Virus record (IMG/VR): IMGVR_UViG_3300044675_007236 | Source: a virus | Lineage: Duplodnaviria > Caudoviricetes | Direction: 5' to 3' (one strand) | DNA: 64,000 bases | Part shown: positions 28,862 through 39,210 of the stretch, piece by piece | Layout: each line of letters starts with the position of its first letter | How positions within the stretch are numbered: position 1 is the stretch's first letter | The notes under the pieces: model-generated | The model's input: only the letters and a program-made list of their open reading frames with translations | The model's database searches: none | What the model was told of the DNA's origin: nothing | Made by a program: the position numbers and the translations under genes

Positions 28862-30685
28862 TTACTTCTTAGGCTTGGAATTTCTAGCCGCAGAACGACC
28901 AATAGCCTTAGCGGTTTCAAGACTTTTTGTAGTGCTAGCTACAAAAGGGTCCGCATCTTCTGCTTCGTCAACCTCAGGCTGCGGGTCGAAGTCAGCCGAA
29001 ACTTCGTCTTCAAACGATTCAACCTGTTCAAATTGTTGTACAACGCCGGAGTCGCTTTCGGCATCGTCAGACTCAGCTTCGATTTCACCTTCAGAGTCAA
29101 ACTCTTCAAAATCCTGCATCAGTTCTTCGGCGTTTGGCTTAGTTACTTTTGTTGTCGAAGCTTTGGTAGCCTTAGTTTCAATCGCAGGAGCCGGATAGTC
29201 TTCACCGGGCTCGTCTGAAGCTGAATCGAAATCGTCCATCAAACTTTCAGCAAATGCCGCTGCAGGTGCCGGTTTGTTTGCTTTGGTTGAAGTAACCTTG
29301 GTAACAGGCGTTTCCTCTTCTTGTTCTTCTTCAGGTTCAGGCGTGTACTCTGGGATTCGAACTTGTGTTCGATTTCTGAGAACGGCTTTAACCGAGTCAA
29401 ATTCAAGATAATCGGTGTTACTCATCCAGCAGAGTTCTACAAGCTTAGGTACAAACTTAAACGCAGTTGCAATCCAAACGCAACGCTCTTCAATTGAAGG
29501 CTCATAAAGCAAAAACGAATCTGGGCCGTCTTCGTCTGAGTCTTTCCAGAAAAACAAATGCTTTGAAGTGATATTGTTTACCTGTTCTTGTGTGAAACCC
29601 GGTTTAATCAGACCGTTAGGCCCGACAATTCCAGAGGACACAGCTGCTTCGTAAAGCGTTACTTGCTCACCGCCTTTGGTGTTCTTGCTTTTCGATGCGG
29701 TTTCCGCTGCGTTAAACACGTAAGTTGTGTTTTTCAGCATCTGCTTGTGGATGGGATCGTTCGGATCAAATGTAAACACATCGGGATTGAAAATATGGAA
29801 AAAGCATCCACCGTTAACAATACGCTTTTGTGCGTCAAATTTACCGCAAGGATCGCCGTATTTGTACATGCACGACGGGTCTACATCAGGGTCCCCCTCG
29901 TAGGTCTCCTTGGTTCGAGACATAAGCTCAAGAAGCTTACGTCCGGTGCTGACCGACAACGTAAACAGCGGAAGCGGATCTTCTGCTGCCTCACCTAAAG
30001 GAATGCCATTACGCTCAGCCTCCTTGTCGACTCGCTTCCCGTTCTTTTCGTAACTCAAATCTTCTCGAACTAGGTCAAGCTTAGGTCCATTGTTGTAAAT
30101 CGAACCCACGCCAAAATAGATCTGCTTCCACGGCTGGATAGCCTTGTCCATTTTACTCGCGAGAAGCGAATTCCAATCAGAATCCCATTTTCGATTCGCC
30201 GTAAACCTACCGCTTTCGTGCGCGTCTTTGGCAACTTTACAGAACTTAACGTAAGGTTCTTCCCAAAAGTTAATGCCGTCAACAACGCGTTCCTTGCTGC
30301 GTGCAATAATGTAACTAACAGGATTACATTCTTTGGCATCATGGCCAATAATCTTATCGGTATTTTGGTTGATGCCAGCGTAGTTGCAAACATACACCGG
30401 CTCAGAAATCGAAACACCTTCCAGACCAGCTACGTCGTACTGCGAAGTACGACCGTTTAGAAGCTCGGTCGGGTTTTCTGGATTGAGCATGTTCCAGATA
30501 CGAATAGACATCGTACCACCCTTCTTGTAGCAGTCGGGGGTTACAAGCCGCACTTTCTTGGCGTCCTTGTTGATGAAATGGTTGTTTCTAGGGCTCAACC
30601 TTGGCCCGTCGTCCGTAGGCAGCAAACTTCTTTGAGTAGTACTTTTTGCACGCGGTCGCAATCGGTTATTCATTCTTAACTCCAA
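28862..30685 (-). CDS. large protein with acidic C-terminal third, possible ssDNA-binding/annealing protein
   Basis: Position next to the RecA-like gene; aromatic-rich core and D/E-rich low-complexity tail. Confidence 0.35.
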   Translation of the reverse strand: MELRMNNRLRPRAKSTTQRSLLPTDDGPRLSPRNNHFINKDAKKVRLVTPDCYKKGGTMSIRIWNMLNPENPTELLNGRTSQYDVAGLEGVSISEPVYVCNYAGINQNTDKIIGHDAKECNPVSYIIARSKERVVDGINFWEEPYVKFCKVAKDAHESGRFTANRKWDSDWNSLLASKMDKAIQPWKQIYFGVGSIYNNGPKLDLVREDLSYEKNGKRVDKEAERNGIPLGEAAEDPLPLFTLSVSTGRKLLELMSRTKETYEGDPDVDPSCMYKYGDPCGKFDAQKRIVNGGCFFHIFNPDVFTFDPNDPIHKQMLKNTTYVFNAAETASKSKNTKGGEQVTLYEAAVSSGIVGPNGLIKPGFTQEQVNNITSKHLFFWKDSDEDGPDSFLLYEPSIEERCVWIATAFKFVPKLVELCWMSNTDYLEFDSVKAVLRNRTQVRIPEYTPEPEEEQEEETPVTKVTSTKANKPAPAAAFAESLMDDFDSASDEPGEDYPAPAIETKATKASTTKVTKPNAEELMQDFEEFDSEGEIEAESDDAESDSGVVQQFEQVESFEDEVSADFDPQPEVDEAEDADPFVASTTKSLETAKAIGRSAARNSKPKK

Positions 30686-31365
30686 GTCTTAAAACAATTA
30701 AATGAAACAATCTCTGACACAATATCAGAAAAACTCTTTAAACCATCTTCTGTTGCATTGTCTGTGCAATCTACCCGAATAAAACCAGCCGCAGGGTGTA
30801 GCCGTTTCATTTCTGAGTAGATGCGTGAAGCATTATGCAACAATTCGCGTTTGCTTTCAAGTAGGTCTAGCGTTTTTTTCGTGTATTGCCTTTCTGCTTT
30901 TTTGGCAATGTTTACTATCGCTAAATCTACAGGCATATGCAGGAAAACGATGCAGTCTGGTTTTGGTAATCCCATCTGACCGTACTCAAGATTGCAAATC
31001 AGCTCAATTATCCCTTCCTCTCGCTCCCTTTCTACCGCAGCGGCGGCGTAAGCCAAATTACTAGGCACGTAACGATCACAAAAAACAATGTCGTTTTCTT
31101 CCAGTGCTTGTTTCAAATCCGGTTTAAAACCAAATCGTTCCATGGCAAAAAGACTGGCCTGTACCTCTATTGGAAACACGCCAAACTCGCCGTTTAGATA
31201 TCTGCCAATGATATCGCTCCAGGCGTTGTGTCCGTAAGCAGGAAACGAAAAAAGCTTTGTCGTTGCCCCTGCCTTTTCAAAATGCTCTCGTAGCAATTTT
31301 GTAACGGTACCTTTACCGGAACCGTCTATACCTTCGACGCAAATAAGCACGATTACTTTCTCCAA
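30676..31365 (-). CDS. tmk: thymidylate (dTMP) kinase
   Basis: VEGIDGSGKGT P-loop, FP.Y, LFA.ER, DRY..SNLAY, PD..VFL. Confidence 0.9.
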   Translation of the reverse strand: MEKVIVLICVEGIDGSGKGTVTKLLREHFEKAGATTKLFSFPAYGHNAWSDIIGRYLNGEFGVFPIEVQASLFAMERFGFKPDLKQALEENDIVFCDRYVPSNLAYAAAAVEREREEGIIELICNLEYGQMGLPKPDCIVFLHMPVDLAIVNIAKKAERQYTKKTLDLLESKRELLHNASRIYSEMKRLHPAAGFIRVDCTDNATEDGLKSFSDIVSEIVSFNCFKTWS

Positions 31366-31400
31366 GGTTTCTTGTCGATCTCACCAAATTGACTAACAAA

Positions 31401-32069
31401 CTAAACGACTTCAATCAGCCGCTGCAGCGTTCCGCAAGGGTCAAGCGGACGCCAATCAGGCTTACGGCTAGAACCCGTAGTGTACATAACATTACCCGCA
31501 GTAGTAGCGACACAGCGTGCCCGGTCACGACTGACATTATGCTTATCACTACGAGCAGCAATAGACGCATTATCTGCAGCTCTGGCTGCAGCTGTAGCCG
31601 CAAACCAAGCCCCGGTAACAGTAGAACTCGAAACAGACGCTGCCCTAGCCGCCGCAATGGCAGCATCTGCATTTTTTTCGTTAAGCATCACCCGCCACGG
31701 ACCGCCGAAACAAAAAATGTCAGCTTCAGACTGAGCACGAGGAAGAACCGAGTTCCACATCCAATCTAAAAGCAACTCCAACCGTTCTTTTTCTTTTTTT
31801 CGACCTGTGCCAGCCGCTAGAGGAAGCAAAGACTTCCATTGGCGGCTGTTTCGAATATATGCAGGTATCGCGTCTTGAATCGAAATAATCCAATGACCTA
31901 TTACCTCGCTCATACAGGCTGGAATGCCATCGTGCAATTCACCGGTCAAAGCTAGATTTATCGCCGCAATCGAGCACGCCGATTCATACGATCCAAGTCC
32001 CGCGCAAAGCTCCATGCCTTGTACCTTATTTTCAATCGCCTTAAATTGGTCCTGTGTTAAATTTTTCAT
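31401..32069 (-). CDS. conserved phage protein with Ala-rich tract
   Basis: ACSIAAIN.A..GE..D.P.CMS.VI ... RNS..WK.LLP..AGT, then an A-rich low-complexity region. Confidence 0.7.
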   Translation of the reverse strand: MKNLTQDQFKAIENKVQGMELCAGLGSYESACSIAAINLALTGELHDGIPACMSEVIGHWIISIQDAIPAYIRNSRQWKSLLPLAAGTGRKKEKERLELLLDWMWNSVLPRAQSEADIFCFGGPWRVMLNEKNADAAIAAARAASVSSSTVTGAWFAATAAARAADNASIAARSDKHNVSRDRARCVATTAGNVMYTTGSSRKPDWRPLDPCGTLQRLIEVV

Positions 32070-35000
32070 TTTTTTCGCCTTTGTTCGTAAGGTGGTGGTG
32101 GGGTCATATCACGTTTAAGTCTGGGTTTTGTGTTAAAAACCACGGACCTGTCGTCACCAGCTTTAGCCGGTTCACTGTAATGAAAAACGCAGCCTTCGAC
32201 AATGCCCTGGCCCAACGGTAAACCGTATTTTTTTGCTTCAGTATCCGTTACTTTCTCGCCCCAGTGCGTCATGACCTCACCTTCAATTCCAAGATAATAG
32301 GGTCCTGAACCTGTGGGCTCACCCTCCCTGTCGCCGGAAATGTAAGTTGGATAAATCGGAACTGATTTTCGCATGTAAGTCGGCAGCACGTACTCGCAAA
32401 CATGTTTGACATATTTGTACGGCACCTCAAGCAAGATCGCATCGTGAACCTGCAGCAAAAGCCTGAACATATCGTGTCCTTGTTTTCGCTGCTTGTCGCG
32501 ATAATCCATGATGTAGCCTAGCGCTCGGCTTACTACGGAAGCAATCATGCTTTGGATTGGAAAGTTCATGGCTTGTCGTTCAAACTCAGCTGCAAGATCA
32601 CTTGCACCCGAGCTGTCTGGAAACCGTCTAAACCGTCCAAAGCAATTGCAAAGATATCGTGGCACTTCAACTGGTTGTTGATTTTCATCCAGGTAATAGC
32701 CGCGAGCTCTTTCCTTGCAACCTTCAAAAAACGGAACAAGGGCTGGGTACGTGTTGAAGATAGTTTTAATTACGGCTTTAGCTTCATCTACCGTAATGTC
32801 AATACCTTCCTCTTTTGCGGCGATCGAGATAGCCTTGGCTCCTCGCCCGTAAGCAATACCGAAAATAACAGACTTGGCTACAATGCGTAGGTGTGTTTTT
32901 TCAATGGACTTAAGCCCTGTTTTAGTGGGGGCACACTTCAGCCTAAACGCATTAACAGCTACATTTGAATGTATGTCGTAAAAATCAGGATGATTCTCTG
33001 GTAGCTGATTACGCTTAGCATGGTCAATCATGTTAACATCGCCAGCCATGACCGCCATTCCAAAAAGTTCAGCGCCGACATAGTCCGCCTCAACAAGCAC
33101 ATAACCTGGCGAGGCTTTCAACAAGCTTCTTAGTTTGTATTTGTACCTAGATTTAAGCAGCCGTTTGAAGTCGTCGTCGCGTTTTTTGGATATATTTTGA
33201 AGATTAGGCCTGGCACTTGACCATCGACCTGTTTCCTTAGTTTGATATATGTGCGTTCGTACTTTTCCGTCCGAGCAACAAGCCGCGGCTAGCCCTTTAT
33301 CGTACTCCATGTTGCCGTCGTCGTCGTAACAAACTTCTTTAGTGTCCTCATCGATTGAGGGTGGCCGTAAAACCGTTTTTAACGCTTGATCCAGGAAACG
33401 ATAATCTCGGATCAATCTAAGCAACGCTTGCTTATTTTCGTCCTTTATCTCCTGTGCAAGGATAGGAAGAATCTTATTGCTGGTAGACGGATTATGTTGG
33501 CTTTCGACTCCTTTTTGTCTGATCTCCTCCCATGGTTTAGGCGGTTTGCTTGTGTCGTAAAGCGGCATCAAATTCAACGATTTGGCGTCCGCAGGTCTAA
33601 CCCTAACCGGTGCTCCAGTTTCTTTGTCTCGTTTGCCGTTTAGTTGGTGCCCAAACAAAGCTTCTCGAAGATGAACAAGAGACCTGATATTAAAATCAGG
33701 CCAGTTAAAACTCTTTCGAATCTTTGCTTCGATTTCGTTTCTACCGTCTACAAATTGCACCGTCAAAAAGTCGACTCTGGCTTTATCGAGTGTTATGCCG
33801 TTTCGGTGAATATCCAAAACAGCAGGCGTGGCTATTTGAGATTCCCAGAAAGCTTCACGGCAGCAGTTACCGTCGTAGTCGCTATCAAGCATGGGATTGA
33901 ACTTGTAGTACAGCCTAAGTGTGACGTCCGCGTCCCACATGCCATAAGGTAAAAGCGTTTCGTTTGGACATTCGCCGTAACCTTCCAGCTCTTCAGACGA
34001 CAGCCCGTGCTTTTTACAGTACGTTGTTTTCCACTCCTGCAACGCCGTATCGTACCTTGGAGCGTTTAAGTAACGAGCTGCGAGCAGCTCAAGCTTGTAT
34101 TGAGCTGTCTCCTCAATTGCGTGACACATAAGTCCCGTGTCTGCCCCGCCTTCGTACTTAGTTCGGTACCAAGCAGGAACAGTAGAACCAGGCTCAAAAC
34201 CGTCAGCAAAATAGGCATTAAATAATGCCTTACTGCCTTTTGGTAGCTTGTCTAATTGCGGTAGCTCGAGATCGTAAAGCTTACATGAAAAACACTCCTG
34301 AATGTCAATACCGTATCCAACTAGCCACTCCAAGTCAGCGTTAAAGAAATGCCCGACAACCCGCTTTCGTTTAAATTGTAAATCAAGCTTTTGTCCGTCT
34401 TCGCGTGTAACTGTTACCTTACCACCTTTGAAAAAAGTAGTCAGAAGAGCAGCTATCTCTGGATCGTTTAAAACGTCCAGTTCCTCGTTTATCGCACCGC
34501 CTGCGTGATGCAGAATAATACCGATAGCTTTTTTAGGTTTCCAAGCTAGCTGTATAGTTCGCATGTAGGAGCCTTTGTTAACCCCGTGCGAACCGTGCCA
34601 TTCTGCGTCGACCGCAATAACTTCTTCGATCGAAATGTACTCTTTATCTATTTCAGTCAAGTAGTAAATCAGCTCGTCAACTGTACTAACTACATTGTGC
34701 TGAACGGTCGTATCGAAGCTTACGTCTTTGCCGCTTGTGAGATTTACAAACGAAGCAATTCCAGTTTCTAAAGATCTAATTGCAGACTGATCTCTGATAG
34801 TTTGCCGTGGATGCACAACAGTCATCACGGCAGCTTCTGACCAGCTATCCGCTACGCTCTCTTTATCTAACGCTGTGTTGTATTTGTACTTGACGACTTT
34901 ACCTAGCATTTCGTTGACGCCGTGTCCGTCGCCAAGAAGAGCCTTACTTGCGTCAGTTCCAAGACAAAGAATAAAATCCGGTCTAACTATTTTGATCTCG

Positions 35001-35569
35001 TGAGCAAGTAGATAAGCACCGTCTTTTACCCACTGCGCTCTAAACGTCGTTTTACCGTTTGGAGGCATAAACTTCACAAGATTGGTAACATAAATGCTAC
35101 CAATGTTAGGAAGCTTAAACTGCTCAAAAAGTTTGAGCAACATTAAGCCGTCTTCGTCCGCAAAGCACCGTTTTTGATTAAGGGCCGCACCCCATGGATT
35201 TTTGTTAATGATCATTATCTTGGCCGGTCGAGGGCCAGCAACGTCAGCCCCCCACAAGTGCCCAGGAAGAAACTTTACGTCTTTCGTTTGATGTGATGCT
35301 ATTTCTACCGGCAAAACAAACGAAGAGTCTCGCAAAGCACTGCGGATAAGCTCGTACATAAACGAGTCACTAGCGTCGCCTCTCGCTTCAGCGTGTTGTG
35401 TAAAAGCACTTCCACCGTAAAGCGTAGGTAGTTCCGGCGAATCTAAAGGATAAATTGCAGAACTAGTTCTAATTTCTGCTAACTTGTTCAGCTTGAATTG
35501 CTGTGACTTGACATTAGAACGATTAAGAACGTTTACCGTCCCACCTAGTTTTTGTATTTTTCTAGCCAT
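32066..35569 (-). CDS. family A DNA polymerase with N-terminal UDG-like domain and 3'-5' exonuclease domain
   Basis: YVTNLVKF.P / HP (UDG fold); AVDAEW, GHFFNADL, YG.WDAD (exo); TGRWSS..PNLQN; motif A EADYVGAE; motif B RIVAKSVIFGIAYG (Phe at the E. coli 762-equivalent position); motif C QVHDA. Confidence 0.95.
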   Translation of the reverse strand: MARKIQKLGGTVNVLNRSNVKSQQFKLNKLAEIRTSSAIYPLDSPELPTLYGGSAFTQHAEARGDASDSFMYELIRSALRDSSFVLPVEIASHQTKDVKFLPGHLWGADVAGPRPAKIMIINKNPWGAALNQKRCFADEDGLMLLKLFEQFKLPNIGSIYVTNLVKFMPPNGKTTFRAQWVKDGAYLLAHEIKIVRPDFILCLGTDASKALLGDGHGVNEMLGKVVKYKYNTALDKESVADSWSEAAVMTVVHPRQTIRDQSAIRSLETGIASFVNLTSGKDVSFDTTVQHNVVSTVDELIYYLTEIDKEYISIEEVIAVDAEWHGSHGVNKGSYMRTIQLAWKPKKAIGIILHHAGGAINEELDVLNDPEIAALLTTFFKGGKVTVTREDGQKLDLQFKRKRVVGHFFNADLEWLVGYGIDIQECFSCKLYDLELPQLDKLPKGSKALFNAYFADGFEPGSTVPAWYRTKYEGGADTGLMCHAIEETAQYKLELLAARYLNAPRYDTALQEWKTTYCKKHGLSSEELEGYGECPNETLLPYGMWDADVTLRLYYKFNPMLDSDYDGNCCREAFWESQIATPAVLDIHRNGITLDKARVDFLTVQFVDGRNEIEAKIRKSFNWPDFNIRSLVHLREALFGHQLNGKRDKETGAPVRVRPADAKSLNLMPLYDTSKPPKPWEEIRQKGVESQHNPSTSNKILPILAQEIKDENKQALLRLIRDYRFLDQALKTVLRPPSIDEDTKEVCYDDDGNMEYDKGLAAACCSDGKVRTHIYQTKETGRWSSARPNLQNISKKRDDDFKRLLKSRYKYKLRSLLKASPGYVLVEADYVGAELFGMAVMAGDVNMIDHAKRNQLPENHPDFYDIHSNVAVNAFRLKCAPTKTGLKSIEKTHLRIVAKSVIFGIAYGRGAKAISIAAKEEGIDITVDEAKAVIKTIFNTYPALVPFFEGCKERARGYYLDENQQPVEVPRYLCNCFGRFRRFPDSSGASDLAAEFERQAMNFPIQSMIASVVSRALGYIMDYRDKQRKQGHDMFRLLLQVHDAILLEVPYKYVKHVCEYVLPTYMRKSVPIYPTYISGDREGEPTGSGPYYLGIEGEVMTHWGEKVTDTEAKKYGLPLGQGIVEGCVFHYSEPAKAGDDRSVVFNTKPRLKRDMTPPPPYEQRRKK

Positions 35570-36662
35570 CTATCTTCTTCCAAGAAACTTTGACACCTTG
35601 TTTAGCCGCTTCACTGGCAATGTAGTCGTAAAGAAAAGCTTGCTCAAAATCAGCCGGGTCGGTGTCGTCCGGCAACCATACCGAACAACAACCACCAGCT
35701 AATTCTGCTTTTAGCCGTTTTTCTGTTTCCATTAAATTTTCAAGTACTTTAGCTTTTTCTGCGTCTTTACGTACGTCTGGGTCGAGCAAAAATACAACGG
35801 AATGATTTTTAAAACTGGCTGCCAGCAGTTCAAACTGCTTTGTGGTAACAGACGCACCAAGTATTGCACCAAACGAGTCGCCGCCCCGCCAAACACTGGT
35901 AACACCCTCAACAACAATTCCGGTTTCACGTTTTCTCATGTTACCAAAATTATAAATTACTTGTCGTTTAGGTGTTCCTCTTGCGGTGTAGTATTTAGGA
36001 ACGCTTGCCAGTTTCCAATCGATGTCAAAAGGAGCTCTAGCTTGAAATCCAACCATCTTTTTGTTCATGTAGATCGGAATAATTATACGTTTACGGCACA
36101 AAGCATGACTACTGTTTTCGCACCAGTGCACGTTATAATAAACACCAAGCTTTTTTACATCGAATCCACGAATACTAGTCAACCAAACAACAGCTTGGTG
36201 ATCTTGAGGTAATTTGTCTATTCGAACAACTTCTCCGGGCCAGCTCATTCTAAATGAATCAAGATCTACTTCTTTACCCTCTACGACTTCCGCTTTTGTT
36301 AAATCAAAAAGTTTATGCCCGGTAAGCATCACTTCAAGCCGATCGTAACATTCTTGTTTTTTTAGCGATAGCGGACAACCTGCGTTAAAACAAACAACAA
36401 GCCTGTTTTGTATTCTCTGATACTCATCGACTGTTCCATATCTGTGATTAATCAAACATCGAAATCGCGTGTCGTTGCAAAACGGGCAGCAGACGGCGTA
36501 AGTCTCCCCCCAGTTTTGAATGTCAACTGTTTCTTTGTTAGTTAAAAAATCAATGCGACGCTTTCGTTCTTGTTTCTCGCTTGAATTTCCTATTCTTACG
36601 TTTTTGAAAGTCGCTTTAATTCTGTTGTAAAGAAGTAAATTTAAAGGTTTGTCTGCCATCAT
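35562..36662 (-). CDS. DNA primase (Zn finger + TOPRIM)
   Basis: CPFCND...C ... CFNAGC; IIIPI....VGFQAR; IVVEG..S; LDPD; D.DPAD. Confidence 0.9.
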   Translation of the reverse strand: MMADKPLNLLLYNRIKATFKNVRIGNSSEKQERKRRIDFLTNKETVDIQNWGETYAVCCPFCNDTRFRCLINHRYGTVDEYQRIQNRLVVCFNAGCPLSLKKQECYDRLEVMLTGHKLFDLTKAEVVEGKEVDLDSFRMSWPGEVVRIDKLPQDHQAVVWLTSIRGFDVKKLGVYYNVHWCENSSHALCRKRIIIPIYMNKKMVGFQARAPFDIDWKLASVPKYYTARGTPKRQVIYNFGNMRKRETGIVVEGVTSVWRGGDSFGAILGASVTTKQFELLAASFKNHSVVFLLDPDVRKDAEKAKVLENLMETEKRLKAELAGGCCSVWLPDDTDPADFEQAFLYDYIASEAAKQGVKVSWKKIDG

Positions 36663-38356
36663 GTCTGCTCTTGTGTTTCATTTGCTTCGTCATAGGAATT
36701 GTTAAAATCAAATTCGTCATCGACATCAGAACCATCAGCTTCCGTATTTTCTTCAATACTTGGTATAAACCCATCAATCGGTGGTGCAACAATTTGACTG
36801 TCAGCAATACTTTCTTTTCGAACTATTCGACCAAGTCTGTCAATTGTGTAACCTTCGGGCGACGTCACAGTGTTAAATAGGCCATCTACTTTAAGAAGAA
36901 CAGGATTGTGTTTTCCAGCTCGTCGCTGCTTAGAACAAGTAAGCTGACCCATGTAGTCGTCATTTAACCTACTACCTGCAAAACAGAAAGCGAAGTTTTC
37001 TCCGAAGCTTTTTGAACCTTTTGCCTGTGTGTGATCCATTCGTTTTGCTGGATTTAAGATAGCGTTGGCTTCGCCCGATAATTGATGAAAGGCCCAAACA
37101 GGGGTGTTAAAAGGCATAGCAATCCTGTTAACAAGGTTTAAGCCAGCTAGCTGATACAAAACGTCTTCCCTTTGTCTTTGCTTCGGGTCAACCGTCACAT
37201 CTCGCTGTACCATCAAGCCTACATAGTCCAAAATAACGGTAGCTACAAAATAATCAGGACCACATCGCTTTAATTCCGTTTTTATAGCCGAAGCTATCTC
37301 AGGAACACCGCGGTTTCCGGCAGTCTTGAACTTCTCGTGTCTACCGGTAAAGTCGAGGCAAACAGTGTGCTCGTTAACAATCGGCAAAACACGTTGGTAC
37401 CTTTGCATTTCAGGTTCAAATACACCGTTGGCAATCTGCTCCTTAAAAAGTACTTTTTCGTAATCGTTTGGTTGTTCTGGATCAGTGCCGAATATTGAAA
37501 CACCGTTGGTTCCCATCACTTGCAATCGTGTGCGAGATATTTGAGCTGAGTACATCAGCAACCTATCTCGAAGTTCGTTTTGCAGTGGAGCCTCGTAGGA
37601 AACTAAAACAGCCAAACCTTTTTTACCGTTCGATTCACCGCTTAAAAACCTAGCAAAAGCTTGTTTCGCAGCCGCGTACCACAGCATTACAGCCAGCGTG
37701 GTCTTGTACGAACCAAACGGAGCTAAAATAGCGTACGCTTCACCCGGAGCCGTACCGCTGTCAAGAAACGTATCAAGAAAACCAATACCGCACGATGTCA
37801 AACTTACATTTGCACGCTGATCCCAGCCGTCGGGCAAAGTTAAATTTCTACCGCCAGATATCGACAAGCCCATCAACGACTCAGTCTGTGCTGATGCTTG
37901 CTCGAAGATAGCAGGTAACTGCCCTATATCATCTAGGTCCCGTAGCTTGGCTATTGCAAGCTTCTTTTGCTGCTCGAGCAAAAACTTAGTCGCAAACTTG
38001 AAAGCAAACGATTCTGACTTTGAACTCTTTGGACCTTCTTGATCTTTAAACAAGTCAGGATCGAAGGCGTAGTAAAGAAAATCGTCTAGCTCGTCGTACT
38101 CTTCGGTATCTAGTTCCAAAAAGCCTTTTTCAATATAGCTAGCGACATCCGCATTAATCTGCGAAAGCTCAGGAAGACAGTTGTTTTCGTTAAAATAATC
38201 CCAAACCACTTTGTAAAGTAACTGATACCCTACAAAATCAAAATGACCCGCAGTCAGGCTCGATCTGAAACTTTCAAATACCTGTTCGTTTCTGAACAGA
38301 ATTGCCAGAAAAAGTTTCAAGTGAGCGTCTGACAGCGTCGATTGCTGCCCACTCAT
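36659..38356 (-). CDS. DnaB-like replicative helicase
   Basis: Walker A APFGSYKT, VSYE, ILDYVGL, HQLS, K.R. Confidence 0.85.
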   Translation of the reverse strand: MSGQQSTLSDAHLKLFLAILFRNEQVFESFRSSLTAGHFDFVGYQLLYKVVWDYFNENNCLPELSQINADVASYIEKGFLELDTEEYDELDDFLYYAFDPDLFKDQEGPKSSKSESFAFKFATKFLLEQQKKLAIAKLRDLDDIGQLPAIFEQASAQTESLMGLSISGGRNLTLPDGWDQRANVSLTSCGIGFLDTFLDSGTAPGEAYAILAPFGSYKTTLAVMLWYAAAKQAFARFLSGESNGKKGLAVLVSYEAPLQNELRDRLLMYSAQISRTRLQVMGTNGVSIFGTDPEQPNDYEKVLFKEQIANGVFEPEMQRYQRVLPIVNEHTVCLDFTGRHEKFKTAGNRGVPEIASAIKTELKRCGPDYFVATVILDYVGLMVQRDVTVDPKQRQREDVLYQLAGLNLVNRIAMPFNTPVWAFHQLSGEANAILNPAKRMDHTQAKGSKSFGENFAFCFAGSRLNDDYMGQLTCSKQRRAGKHNPVLLKVDGLFNTVTSPEGYTIDRLGRIVRKESIADSQIVAPPIDGFIPSIEENTEADGSDVDDEFDFNNSYDEANETQEQT

Positions 38357-38367
38357 GACGATTTCCT

Positions 38368-39210
38368 TTAAGCGTCTCTGGCTGATTCAACCAAAGACAA
38401 AGCCAATTTTTTAAACCTTGAAGACAAACTAGCACCGTAAACCGAATTGTAAATTTCCGGAAAAACAGTGTAGTCAAAAGCCGCCAAAAATTCTAAATCG
38501 TCTGCGTACTGTTGCATACGCAAAAGAATAGAATCTAAGTTCACATCGGCTTTACGCTTGTCTTCTTCCGCTTGAAGTGTACTGACCGCTAAACAATAAC
38601 GAAAAAGCGGCGATAACTCCAAACGAACATCAAGTAAAGAACAATATACAGCTGAAGCCATAGGCTGCCTAGCCCCTGCGGCTGCAGATGTTCGAAGAAG
38701 TATTTCAGTTTTTGCTCTGTGTGAATCCGCTATAAATTTTGCCTGCACACGTCTAAAAGCGTCTTTAGCAAAATCCGCGACGACTGTTGCGTTATTTTGA
38801 GATGCCAATTGCAAAACAGTCGGCGTTGGTAACGAACTAGATCGCAACGAATAAAACAAAATCCGCACGTATTCAATAGGTGTTTTAGGTTTTGAAATAT
38901 CCGCCACCTTCTGATAAGCAACCAACCACTGGTTCTTTTTTGGCTTTTCTTCTGGTGTGTTGTAACGGTTACCACCGTCCAAGCTTTTAGCTGGATTGTA
39001 AACTTGCGAGGCAGAACTGAGCCTACACAAATCCAAAACACGACGCTCAAGTACGTAAGTTTTCTTAAAAAGATCTACGTAGACTGGAATTTCCGGTTGG
39101 TCGCTGAAAGTGACGCAGGCAGGCCTAGCTGTCGCTGACGGTTTAGGCTGCTTTGAAAATGTCATTCGTATTCCTTCTCCAGCTGTGGATTTTGAAACTT
39201 CTGTCTCCAA
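38368..39210 (-). CDS. hypothetical protein in the replication module
   Basis: 280-aa ORF; true start possibly ATG near 39165. Confidence 0.7.
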   Translation of the reverse strand: METEVSKSTAGEGIRMTFSKQPKPSATARPACVTFSDQPEIPVYVDLFKKTYVLERRVLDLCRLSSASQVYNPAKSLDGGNRYNTPEEKPKKNQWLVAYQKVADISKPKTPIEYVRILFYSLRSSSLPTPTVLQLASQNNATVVADFAKDAFRRVQAKFIADSHRAKTEILLRTSAAAGARQPMASAVYCSLLDVRLELSPLFRYCLAVSTLQAEEDKRKADVNLDSILLRMQQYADDLEFLAAFDYTVFPEIYNSVYGASLSSRFKKLALSLVESARDA

